The translations under genes were made by a program, and so were the position numbers. From IMG/VR virus record IMGVR_UViG_3300025018_000260, positions 1-41,071 of that record: a DNA stretch of 41,071 nt; one strand, 5' to 3'. Shown piece by piece: positions 18,301 to 26,016 of the stretch; position 1 is the first letter of the stretch; every line of letters begins with the position of its first letter. This DNA comes from a virus (taxonomy: Duplodnaviria > Caudoviricetes). Under the pieces are notes generated by a model that was not told the origin of the DNA, did not search any database, and saw nothing but the letters and a program-made list of their open reading frames with translations.

Positions 18301-19193
18301 ACAACACCTGCGGCGTGTGCCGCCCCAGCGATCTCCAGCACCGCCGCGCCTACATCGGACGCGCTGACGGCGAGTTCATGGGCGAGTTGAGCGAGGTGAA
18401 GGTGATCGACCAGCGCACCACCGCCGCCACGATCCGCTTCGCCGTGGAGATCCCCGAGGACAAGCGGGTGGTCGGCTTCGACTACTGGCGCTACGCCGTG
18501 CGCCGTGCGGCGTATCTGTCAGAGGTTCCCATCGCCAAGCGCACCGTCCGGTTCGCGGGCGAGCACACCAACGACTACCGGGACCTCACCCACGGGCGGG
18601 ACTACGTCGAGTTCAGCGTGACCCGCCGCCCCAAGCGCGGTGAGCCCGAGCAGTGGATGGCGGCGATGAACGAGCGTCTGAGCGACCTCCGGCTGCACGA
18701 GGTGATCGCCATGCCCGCCGGGACCAAGAAGATGCGCGACGCGGTGGCCGGAAGCCTGTTCAGCATCGAGATGCCCTACCCCCGCGCCGAGGTCCAGAAG
18801 GCCGTGGAGCGCTACGACTCCGGCGAGGAGATCCCGATGGTGGTGCGCATCGAGCGCTGGATGACGGGGCTCCAGCGCCACGAGACCGATGTGCGCACCG
18901 AGGTCCGCGACATGTGGATCGTCCCCGAGGGTCACCGGACGCATCTGCGGATGATCGTGACCGGAGCGGCCAGCCCCTACGACGTCGTGGCCGCGCTCAT
19001 GGACCTCAAGTCCTGGGTGGACCTGTCGGCCACGCCCGCCCGGCGCATGGAGGTGGTGCTGGAGAGCGATGACGCGGTGATCGACGCCTTCCGACCAGCC
19101 TGCGCCACGTGCGGGGCCGCGACCCCCGTGAACCCCTTCGACTCCGCGCGCACCGAGTGCTTCCGCTGCGCCGATGGGCTGGTACCCGCGTGA
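15312..19193 (+). CDS. Large radical SAM enzyme (resembles TIGR03960 B12-binding-like/radical SAM fused to a DUF2344-like C-terminal region) with intein
   Basis: FGVESRRPIGEFDVIASS, EVQRGCPAWCSFC (CxxxCxxC), SMRVD, EGNSQRMR, KLYMIASLPGE; Cys cluster C..RC...CGVC; RRAAYLSEVPIA...DYVEF. Confidence 0.8.
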   Translation: MKWRTPEQIAAFVKANEHRMDRPQQLLGDEPNSYRREWTETDLHVCLFACWAYDQAAGNVAIPTVYRAVNEHDERYLCDRSYFPATIRDLKTFESADMPIFGVESRRPIGEFDVIASSVSYPVLAVNFVKQLQMSGIPVSWQQIEVRGKPQTGRWADPERWPFVMVGGQSYGAPEVLANVVDAWWCGEAEDEGEDNPGIGEVMDRVALYKRIGRWQEDRLGCYADMAREFRFLYFPRWYEIDYAYAERPSVHAVNFEGGETRESKQVASWKATLPGMRAPVVKRFVSDLDNVPALDNPPLLYSDPGSGVAAALEVQRGCPAWCSFCALTYRQKPYRQRSVETTVAQAKGLVANTGSMHVAPFGPDFPMHTQKKRLVKELLEQVTDEVDASSMRVDDFTGDHDYALLQAYAGMNAVTLGVEGNSQRMRDLVGKGVTDEEIKLAVTRAIHAGIGKVKLYMIASLPGEAEGDILSILDLARDLAEIRDSLGAKTKIQFSWTPLLIEANTPMQWFAPTNPNWFLGEVWEQFKELRISVKMGAKAARDRYAFFQGSQRASREAGLAMIEAVADKESGCWGGAPRGLREGIEDRLRAHGFHNGLADLFDERDKADMFGWEMIDQAINPEMMWLSYQQMREFLELTSAETYDGDMAEAVGGNEWIERCDDRCYGKAQPLTSQVLTPSGFVPMGSLCIGDAVVDPEGEISHVVGVYPQGERAVYRVTFSDGSQVRATGDHLWKIEMRVAGEMRDKVLTTEEIRALPSWRMPRLVRADALSATDLGDFTGRLDPYLVGALLGDGSLTADHTPTFSSADPEIIDALEQALPPGAALVERPSKGAHREVAITGMTALLRSEGLYPSHGRDKVVPTAYKVAPAEVRLAVLQGLMDTDGSAAPNGMAEHVTISRALHEDVVWLARSLGLRVTTAFKETGFAPAWRAFVYQRPGGPRVFRLARKAQEITAKQREHGRRFVNIEPDGVEPTQCIAVSASSSLYVTDDFVPTHNTCGVCRPSDLQHRRAYIGRADGEFMGELSEVKVIDQRTTAATIRFAVEIPEDKRVVGFDYWRYAVRRAAYLSEVPIAKRTVRFAGEHTNDYRDLTHGRDYVEFSVTRRPKRGEPEQWMAAMNERLSDLRLHEVIAMPAGTKKMRDAVAGSLFSIEMPYPRAEVQKAVERYDSGEEIPMVVRIERWMTGLQRHETDVRTEVRDMWIVPEGHRTHLRMIVTGAASPYDVVAALMDLKSWVDLSATPARRMEVVLESDDAVIDAFRPACATCGAATPVNPFDSARTECFRCADGLVPA
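17316..18305 (+). mobile_element. Class-3-type intein (330 aa; Ala1, WCT signature) with LAGLIDADG endonuclease
   Basis: GK|AQPLTSQVLTPSG; block B ATGDHLW; block F TQCIAV; block G VPTHN|T; LVGALLGDGS and LQGLMDTDGS. Confidence 0.88.
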
Positions 19194-19531
19194 ACGTGCA
19201 GACCGCGACCGGCAACGACGAGACCCGGTACTGCCCGGTGTGCTTCACCGAGACCGGCGAGACCGTGCTCATGGAGCCGGAGTTGGACTGGCCCTACCGG
19301 TTCTTCGAGTGCGAGGAGTGCGGGACCTCCGAGGGCTACGTGTACGTGGGGGCGACCGAGGACAACACCGGGTCGTGCGAGATCGGCCTCCCAGAAGCGC
19401 TCAGGTCGCGCCTCAGCGCCGTTGGCGATGAGCAGGACCGCGCGGACCGAATGCGTCAGATCGCCTCTCCAGAGGCCGTAGAGGCGCGCCTCCGCGCGCT
19501 GCCGATGTTCCAACCCAAGGAGAGCCCGTGA
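19190..19531 (+). CDS. Zinc-ribbon hypothetical protein
   Basis: YCPVC...FECEECG; GTGA coupling. Confidence 0.7.
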   Translation: MNVQTATGNDETRYCPVCFTETGETVLMEPELDWPYRFFECEECGTSEGYVYVGATEDNTGSCEIGLPEALRSRLSAVGDEQDRADRMRQIASPEAVEARLRALPMFQPKESP

Positions 19532-19851
19532 GCCTGACCTCAGATCCCAACGATCCTCGCTTGACGCACGGCGTGGATGACGAACCGACGCAGATGGCCG
19601 AGGCGTACCTCGTGCTGAGCGAGGAGGAGCGCGCCAAGGGGTTCGTGCGCCCGGTTCGATCCTCCTACGTCCACTCTTGCGGAACCGTGACCCGGATGGC
19701 GCTGCCCCTCGCGGAGACCTACGCCCGCGATCCGCAGCACTACGGGGCGACGTGGTGCGTGCGGTGCCAGCAGCACCGACCTGTCGGCATCAACGGTGAG
19801 TTCTTCTGGATCGAGGCTGACGGCACTACGGGACCCAAGGTCGGAACGTGA
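19528..19851 (+). CDS. Hypothetical protein, probable zinc binder
   Basis: YLVLSEEERAKGFVRPVR.SYVHSCG...ETYARDP..YGATWCVRC; coupled at both ends. Confidence 0.75.
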   Translation: MSLTSDPNDPRLTHGVDDEPTQMAEAYLVLSEEERAKGFVRPVRSSYVHSCGTVTRMALPLAETYARDPQHYGATWCVRCQQHRPVGINGEFFWIEADGTTGPKVGT

Positions 19852-21059
19852 CCGCAGCCGCCACGACCTACCGCCCCGTCCGCTTCGCCGAGGTCGTCGG
19901 CCAGGACCACGTCAAGCCCGTGCTGCGGGCCATGGTGATCCACGACGACCCGCCCCCGGCGATGCTGTTCACCGGCTCCCGGGGCACTGGCAAGACCACC
20001 ACCGCCCGGATCCTCGCCGCCGCGCTCAACTGCTCCGACGCCACCGCCGGGGACGCGTGCGGCTCGTGCCCCTCGTGCAAGGACGTGCAGTTCGGCTCCA
20101 GCGTGAGCGCGCTGGAGATCGACGCGGCCAGCCACGGGCTGGTGGACGACATCCGCTCGCTGCGCGACGCGGTGAGCGTGAGCCACATGGGGTCGTGGCG
20201 TGTGGTGCTGCTGGATGAGGCGCACTCGATGAGCGAGGCCGCGTTCAACGCGCTGCTCAAGACGCTGGAGGAGCCGCCCCCGCGCACCTGCTTCGTGCTG
20301 CTGACCACCGAGCCGAACAAGATCATGCCGACGGTCCGCAGCCGGTCGATGCTGTTCGAGTTCCGGCGGCTGACCGAGGTCCAGATCGCCGAGCACTTGG
20401 AGATGATCGACACCACCGACGAGGGGCTGGAGGGCCAGCGCCCGGTGGTGTCTAGTGAGGTGTTCACCGAGATCGCCCAGCGCGCCGAGGGCGGGATGCG
20501 CGACGCGGTGATGATGTACGACCAGGCTCGCCGCGCCGGGGTCTACACGCTGGACCGGCTGCGCGAGATGTTCGGCTGGGAGGACCACTCCGCCGCGCTG
20601 TACGACGCCGCGCTGAACACCGACCACGCGACCCTGCACACGGTGGCCGACGCGGTGTTCCGCCAGAGCGGGGACGCGCTGGCGCTGGTGCACGATCTCG
20701 TGCTGTACACCCGAGATCTCCTCGTGCTGCGCAGCGGCGGGAGCGTGGCGATCCCCGAGGAGTCCAAGGACCGACTGGCCGCAGCGGTCCCCACCGCGCA
20801 CCTCGTGCGCGTGATGCGCGTGCTGTGGGAGGCCGAGCAGCGGTTGTCCTCCAACCTGACCTCGCAGCGCGCCAGCCTCGCGCTGGTGACGACCATGTTC
20901 GCCAACGCGGTGGCGTCTGTACCGGAGCCCGAGGCGACAGCGCGGAGTCGCGATGCGTCTGTGCCGATGCAGGATGGACAGACCGAGACCCGCCCTGCCC
21001 CCAAGCGCCTCACCCTGACCGAGATGGTCACGATGGCGCAGGAGGCCCGGACCCCCTAG
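19848..21059 (+). CDS. dnaX: DNA polymerase III gamma/tau clamp-loader subunit
   Basis: YRPVRFAEVVGQ, GSRGTGKTT, CGSCPSC, EIDAAS, LDEAH, FNALLKTLEEPP, TVRSRS, GGMRDA. Confidence 0.93.
   Translation: MTAAATTYRPVRFAEVVGQDHVKPVLRAMVIHDDPPPAMLFTGSRGTGKTTTARILAAALNCSDATAGDACGSCPSCKDVQFGSSVSALEIDAASHGLVDDIRSLRDAVSVSHMGSWRVVLLDEAHSMSEAAFNALLKTLEEPPPRTCFVLLTTEPNKIMPTVRSRSMLFEFRRLTEVQIAEHLEMIDTTDEGLEGQRPVVSSEVFTEIAQRAEGGMRDAVMMYDQARRAGVYTLDRLREMFGWEDHSAALYDAALNTDHATLHTVADAVFRQSGDALALVHDLVLYTRDLLVLRSGGSVAIPEESKDRLAAAVPTAHLVRVMRVLWEAEQRLSSNLTSQRASLALVTTMFANAVASVPEPEATARSRDASVPMQDGQTETRPAPKRLTLTEMVTMAQEARTP
20947..20970 (+). promoter_or_regulatory. Bipartite phage promoter GTCG-N12-GCCGATGC inside the dnaX 3' end, upstream of the terminase genes
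   Basis: Exact motif and spacing, about 100 nt before the first packaging gene. Confidence 0.65.
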
Positions 21060-21071
21060 AAGGTGATCGCC

Positions 21072-21524
21072 ATGGCCGCTCCGCTTCCTGACGTGATGTG
21101 GACGCTGCCCCGCGAGGAGGCGATCCAGCAGGAGGAGTACCGGACGCTGTTCACCGAACTCGTCCACCAACTGCGGTCGGAGATGGCCGAGGTCCCCGGC
21201 TTCGGCGTGCTCCAGCAGATGATGGTGGAGCGGGTGGTGTACCTGTACGTGTGGCTGCGCGACCTTGAGGCCCGCAGCGAGGACGACGCCCAGGCCCGGG
21301 CGCTGATGGGCCGCAACTACAAGGAGACCTTGCAGTTGTGGGTCTCGATGAGCGAGGGGCTGCACAAGTCCTCGCGCAGCGCCGTGGATCGCGAGGAGAT
21401 CCGCAACCACGTCATCAAGGGCGTGATGACCACCATCAACGGGGTCATGGACACCATGCACCCCGACGTCGCCGACGGGCTCCGTGAAAGGTTCGCTGAG
21501 GCGTTCGAGGTGGCGGACTTCTAG
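21072..21524 (+). CDS. Putative terminase small subunit
   Basis: About 150 aa, helical, directly upstream of and coupled to TerL; assigned by position only. Alternative start at 21063. Confidence 0.55.
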   Translation: MAAPLPDVMWTLPREEAIQQEEYRTLFTELVHQLRSEMAEVPGFGVLQQMMVERVVYLYVWLRDLEARSEDDAQARALMGRNYKETLQLWVSMSEGLHKSSRSAVDREEIRNHVIKGVMTTINGVMDTMHPDVADGLRERFAEAFEVADF

Positions 21525-23407
21525 TGCCCACCCGTGGCGCGCTCTCGATCGCCGATCAACTCCGTGAGCGGATCGGCCACGACTCCCCGACGTCCCACGT
21601 CGAGGAGTTCTTCGAGATCGAGCCCGTACCCCTCACCACGTTCGTGCAGGACCGGGCGTATCTGGGCAACCCTCCGCTCAGCGAGGAGCAGTACCGGGTG
21701 GTCCGCCACCTTGAGCAGATCTTCCTGCCCACGACCTACCCCGCGATGGTGGAATCCTTCGGGGCGGAGTGGGAGCCGGTGCGCTTCATCAACTTCGCGT
21801 GGATCGAGTGGGGCAAGGGCAGCGGCAAGGACCACGTGTGCCGCGTCGCCAACGCGCGCGTGGTGAACCTCCTGAGTTGCCTCAAGAGCCCGCAGTCCTA
21901 CTTCGGGATGCCCGAGCAGGACTGGATCCAGACGCTCAACGTTGCCGCCTCCGCGACCCAGGCCAACCGCGCGTTCTTCAAGCCGCTGCGGGACCTGATG
22001 AAGCGCCCGTGCTTCGCCGACATCGCCGACCCCGTGGAGTACTCGATCCGCTTCGCCAAGCAGATCGAGGCCGTGAGCGGCCACTCGATGGCCGAGACCA
22101 TGGAGGGTTTGAACCTCATCTTCGGCATCGCCGACGAGATCAGCGCGTTCAAGACCAAGGAGGAGGTCGAGCGCTACGTCGTGAACTCGGGTGGCCGGGA
22201 GCCGTCCAAGACCGCCGAGAGCATCCTTCGCCTCATGCGCACCTCGGGGCGCACCCGATTCCCGCAGTGCTTCAAGTTGGCCGCGATCTCCTACCCCCGG
22301 TTCAAGGGCGACGCGATCCAGACCCTGCGCATCCGGGGTGAGGCCGACAACACCCTCAAGGGCGAGAAGTCCAAGGTGCTGGTGAGCGGTCCGTTCGCGA
22401 CGTGGGAGGTCAACCCGCGCGTCAAGAGCCGCGAGCACTTCGAGGACGACTACGAGGATGACGCCGTCACGGCCAGGGCGATGTACGAATGCCTGCCCGA
22501 GGCGTCGGCCAACCGGTTCTTCTCCAACGACTACGCCCTCAACGCCGCCTTCGGCACCCGCCGAGAGGTCGAGCCGGTGACGGTGTCCTACACCTGGGGC
22601 CGCGACAAGCGGATCGAGTCGCTGGCACCCCGGTCGGTGGACGTGCAGGAGGGGTGGCAGGCGACGTTCTCGTTCGCCCCCGACTTCCAGCCCGTGCCCG
22701 GCGCGCTGTACGCGCTCCACGGCGACATGGCCATCAGCGGTGACCGGGCAGGGATCGCCATGGCGCACGTGAAGAACTGGGTGCCCTCGGACGCCTCGCG
22801 CTCCGAGGAGTTCGATGACCTGCCCGTCGTGAAGTTGGACTTCGTGACGTCCTTCGCCGCAGACCTGGGCGCGCAGCCGTTCCGGCGCGAGGTGCAGATC
22901 CGTTGGTACCGCCAGTTGATCAGCGAGTTGATCGAGCGCGGCTTCACCGTGGTGAGCGCGACCTTCGACCGCTTCCAGAGCGCCGACACCATGCAGATCC
23001 TCGAACTGTGGGGCATCGAGTCCAAGCGCGTGAGCGTGGACGCCAACGACGCTGCCTACACCGCCGTGCGCGACGTGATGTACGAGTTCCGCTTCGACGG
23101 CTACTTCCACGAGCGCGTGCTGCGGGAGTTCGAGGCCCTGACCCGGCTCCCCAACGGCAAGATCGACCACCCCCCGAAGGGGTCCAAGGACGAGAGCGAT
23201 GCCGTCGCCGGGGCCGTGCTGGGCGCGCTGAACGCAGGCGGGTCCGAGGAGGACGACGGGGACAAGACCGACCACTTCGACGTCGGTGACGCAGGGCTGT
23301 TCAGCACTCCGCTCGCGCGCGACGGCATGGGAGGTGGCGAGGCTCCTGATCCCTTCGCCGGGCTGGGATGGGGCATGAGTCCCCAGGAGGTGCAGTGGAA
23401 TGGCTGA
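21524..23407 (+). CDS. terL: Terminase large subunit
   Basis: WGKGSGKD Walker A, IADEIS Walker B, ISYPR, HGDMAISGD nuclease motif, TFDRFQS, KIDHP..GSKDESDA. Confidence 0.9.
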   Translation: MPTRGALSIADQLRERIGHDSPTSHVEEFFEIEPVPLTTFVQDRAYLGNPPLSEEQYRVVRHLEQIFLPTTYPAMVESFGAEWEPVRFINFAWIEWGKGSGKDHVCRVANARVVNLLSCLKSPQSYFGMPEQDWIQTLNVAASATQANRAFFKPLRDLMKRPCFADIADPVEYSIRFAKQIEAVSGHSMAETMEGLNLIFGIADEISAFKTKEEVERYVVNSGGREPSKTAESILRLMRTSGRTRFPQCFKLAAISYPRFKGDAIQTLRIRGEADNTLKGEKSKVLVSGPFATWEVNPRVKSREHFEDDYEDDAVTARAMYECLPEASANRFFSNDYALNAAFGTRREVEPVTVSYTWGRDKRIESLAPRSVDVQEGWQATFSFAPDFQPVPGALYALHGDMAISGDRAGIAMAHVKNWVPSDASRSEEFDDLPVVKLDFVTSFAADLGAQPFRREVQIRWYRQLISELIERGFTVVSATFDRFQSADTMQILELWGIESKRVSVDANDAAYTAVRDVMYEFRFDGYFHERVLREFEALTRLPNGKIDHPPKGSKDESDAVAGAVLGALNAGGSEEDDGDKTDHFDVGDAGLFSTPLARDGMGGGEAPDPFAGLGWGMSPQEVQWNG

Positions 23408-25004
23408 GCAGGACTCGTTGCCCTTCACCGATGAGGAGCAGATCGAGTTGGCGCGCCCCAAGAGCGTGACACCTCGACCGAGCAACGACGAGGAGGAACT
23501 GGGCGTCCCCGGCGTGCTGCCCACCTCCGGCTGGATGGAGTGGGTCGGCAACGGCTCCGGCGGCGCGAGCGACGGCGGGTTGGTCGCGCAGAACTTCTCC
23601 ACCATCCCCGTGGACCGGCTCGTGGAGATGCGCCGCTCCGACGGCCAGGCCCGGGCACTTCTCCGCGTGCTGACGCTGCCGATCCGCGCGGCGTGGCGCG
23701 AGGCCGAGTTCGTGGCCCCCGATTATCTGGAGGAGGGGAAGAACGCCGACGAGGAGGTGCTGTTCGCCAACCGGATGTTCACGCTGCCCCCGCAGATGGG
23801 CGGCATGGAGATCCCGTTCGGTCACGTGCTCCGGCAGATCCTCCTCGCCGTGCTGGAGGGGTTCAGCGCGTTCGAGGAGGTGCGCTACGTCCCCAAGAAG
23901 GGACCGCTCAAGGGCAAGTTGGTGCTCAAGAAGATCGCGCATCGCGCCAGCGAGAGCGTGCGCTTCCGGGTGGACGACAACGGCAACTACATGGGCTTCT
24001 ATCAGGTGGCCCAGAAGCCCGACGGCCAGCCCGTGCACGTGTGGATCCCGCCGGAGAAGGGCTTCTACTACGCGGTGCAGGAGGAGGAGAACCCCTTCTA
24101 CGGCGTGTCGTACTTCGAGGCCGCGCACTGGCACCACACGGTCAAGCAGCGTTTGTACTACATCTCCCAGGTCGCCGCGCAGTTCGGTGCGGTCCCCGGG
24201 CGCATCGGGAAGTTGCCGGCCTCCACCAAGCCTCGGGAGCGCGAGGCGTTCAAGAAGGCGCTCGCCGACTTCGCGTTCAACACCGCGATGACCGTCCCGC
24301 ACGGCTACGAGGTCGCGCCGTTCAACGGGGTGACCGGCTTCGACTTCGTGAAGTTGATCGACCACCACAACATGCAGATGGCCAAGAGCGTGCTCGCGAC
24401 CTTCATGGAGAAGGAGAGCCGCCAGGTGCTGATCGACAACGCCTCCAGGGACGAGGCCAGCGACCTCCTCGTCATGGCGATCGAGGCGATCATGGACGAG
24501 ATCGCCGAGGCGATCACCCACTACCTGCTGCCCAAGTACATCGACTGGAACTTCAAGAACGGGGCCTACCCCGTGTTCAAGTTCCCGCCGCTCAGCGACG
24601 CGTCCCGCGACGTGCTCAAGGACCTTCTGACCACCGTGGCCACTGCGCAGTCCTCGCAGTTGACCCCCGAGATGATTCGCGAGATGGAGAAGAAGATGAC
24701 CCTGAGGCTGGGTCTGGACGTGGACTACGACGCAGTGGACAAGCGCGAGGAGGAGGAGAAGGCGAAGGCCGAGGAGCAGATGGCCGCGTTCCAGCAGGGC
24801 GGCGGTGCACCTGGCGAGGAGGAGGCCCCCGAGGGCGAGTCCGGTGAGGAGGAGTCTGAGGAGCAGGAGGAGGTCCGTCCCGAGTTCCAGTCCCCCGACG
24901 GCATGGGCGGCTTCCAGCAGTTCAGCGCCACCGGGGTCACCATCTCGCTGGACGAGATCATGGCCGAGATGAACAGGATCGCCGAACGTGATCGACTCGG
25001 CTGA
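23400..25004 (+). CDS. Portal protein (Mu gp29/DUF935-like)
   Basis: Follows TerL; MRRSDGQ.RALL, GFSAFEEV, NPFYGVS, IDHHNMQMAKSVL, LLPKYIDWNF...YPVFKF; acidic tail. Confidence 0.85.
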   Translation: MAEQDSLPFTDEEQIELARPKSVTPRPSNDEEELGVPGVLPTSGWMEWVGNGSGGASDGGLVAQNFSTIPVDRLVEMRRSDGQARALLRVLTLPIRAAWREAEFVAPDYLEEGKNADEEVLFANRMFTLPPQMGGMEIPFGHVLRQILLAVLEGFSAFEEVRYVPKKGPLKGKLVLKKIAHRASESVRFRVDDNGNYMGFYQVAQKPDGQPVHVWIPPEKGFYYAVQEEENPFYGVSYFEAAHWHHTVKQRLYYISQVAAQFGAVPGRIGKLPASTKPREREAFKKALADFAFNTAMTVPHGYEVAPFNGVTGFDFVKLIDHHNMQMAKSVLATFMEKESRQVLIDNASRDEASDLLVMAIEAIMDEIAEAITHYLLPKYIDWNFKNGAYPVFKFPPLSDASRDVLKDLLTTVATAQSSQLTPEMIREMEKKMTLRLGLDVDYDAVDKREEEEKAKAEEQMAAFQQGGGAPGEEEAPEGESGEEESEEQEEVRPEFQSPDGMGGFQQFSATGVTISLDEIMAEMNRIAERDRLG

Positions 25005-26016
25005 ACGAGCGGCTGCTCGCCTCCTGCTGCGCCTCGCAGCCACGCCGAGCGCGCAGGTGATCGGCCACGCCGAGGCAGGGCGCGCCGCGCTCAACACGGC
25101 CATGCAGCCGCTGTTCGAGGCTGCGCGCGCCCGCTGGGTGGCAGCCGCCGCCGAGAGCGCCCGCCACGTCGCGCTGGTGACCTCGAACAACCCGCTCAGG
25201 GAGTTCCCCGACATCCTCGCCCGGCCCGACGTCCAGCAGGCGCTCAGGGACAACTGGCAGCGCGCGGCTGACGAGGCCGTGACCGGCCTCATCGCGTCGT
25301 GGAACGAGGGCGTGCGGCTGGGTACCGAGCAGGCGATCGCGGACATGCGCACCCTGGGCATGGAGGTACCCGATGCGCTCAGCGCGCTGGAGGTCGGCCA
25401 GCCGCTGTACGACCGGCTGCTCAGCGACGCCTACACCAACGTCAACGAGGCGGGCGACCGGATGGTGGCGGCGGTGCTGGCCAGCGATCTGACCCCCGAG
25501 GGCGTGGCCGACGCCGTGCGCGCGCAGGCGAGCAACCAGGCCAACCGCGCCCGAGCGGGGATCACCACCGCCGGGGCCGAGGGGTACCAGGCCGCGCAGA
25601 TCGAGATGTACCGCCAGAGCGCGCAGCAGGGCGGGTACGTGGTGAAGGTGATGTGGGTCACCCACTTCCGTCCCGGCACGTGCAAGACGTGCGCTGCGCT
25701 GCACGGACAGGTTCGCACGCTGGGTGCGGAGTTCGACCACTTCGCCCACTTCGGCACCGGCAACCCGCCCAAGGTGTTCGGCACCCTCCAGGGACCGCCT
25801 CGACACCCCAACTGCGGATGCAGGCTGGTGCCCTACATCGACGCCGAGGTGGAGGCCCAGGCCGAGGCCAGCGTGACCGTGGACACGCCCCCGGTGCGCA
25901 CCGACCTCGACGGCCCCACCCCCCAGACGCTCCAGCAGTTCGGCGAGGCGTGGTACCAGGCGCTGGTGAAGAAGATCAAGAGGCTGTTCCGCCTCAACCG
26001 GAGGACCCGACGATGA
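24988..26016 (+). CDS. MuF/SPP1 gp7-like head morphogenesis protein
   Basis: W...TCKTCAALHG...PPRHPNCGC motif, located after the portal. Confidence 0.8.
   Translation: MIDSAERAAARLLLRLAATPSAQVIGHAEAGRAALNTAMQPLFEAARARWVAAAAESARHVALVTSNNPLREFPDILARPDVQQALRDNWQRAADEAVTGLIASWNEGVRLGTEQAIADMRTLGMEVPDALSALEVGQPLYDRLLSDAYTNVNEAGDRMVAAVLASDLTPEGVADAVRAQASNQANRARAGITTAGAEGYQAAQIEMYRQSAQQGGYVVKVMWVTHFRPGTCKTCAALHGQVRTLGAEFDHFAHFGTGNPPKVFGTLQGPPRHPNCGCRLVPYIDAEVEAQAEASVTVDTPPVRTDLDGPTPQTLQQFGEAWYQALVKKIKRLFRLNRRTRR

Noticed and set aside
25299-26012. ORF-track N-terminal extension making the giant protein 2,711 aa
   Set aside because: It overlaps the MuF gene out of frame and is Arg/Gly/Pro-rich noise. 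The start at ATG 26013 has an RBS and stop-start coupling. The same applies to the upstream extensions of thyX, dnaN and the nuclease genes.
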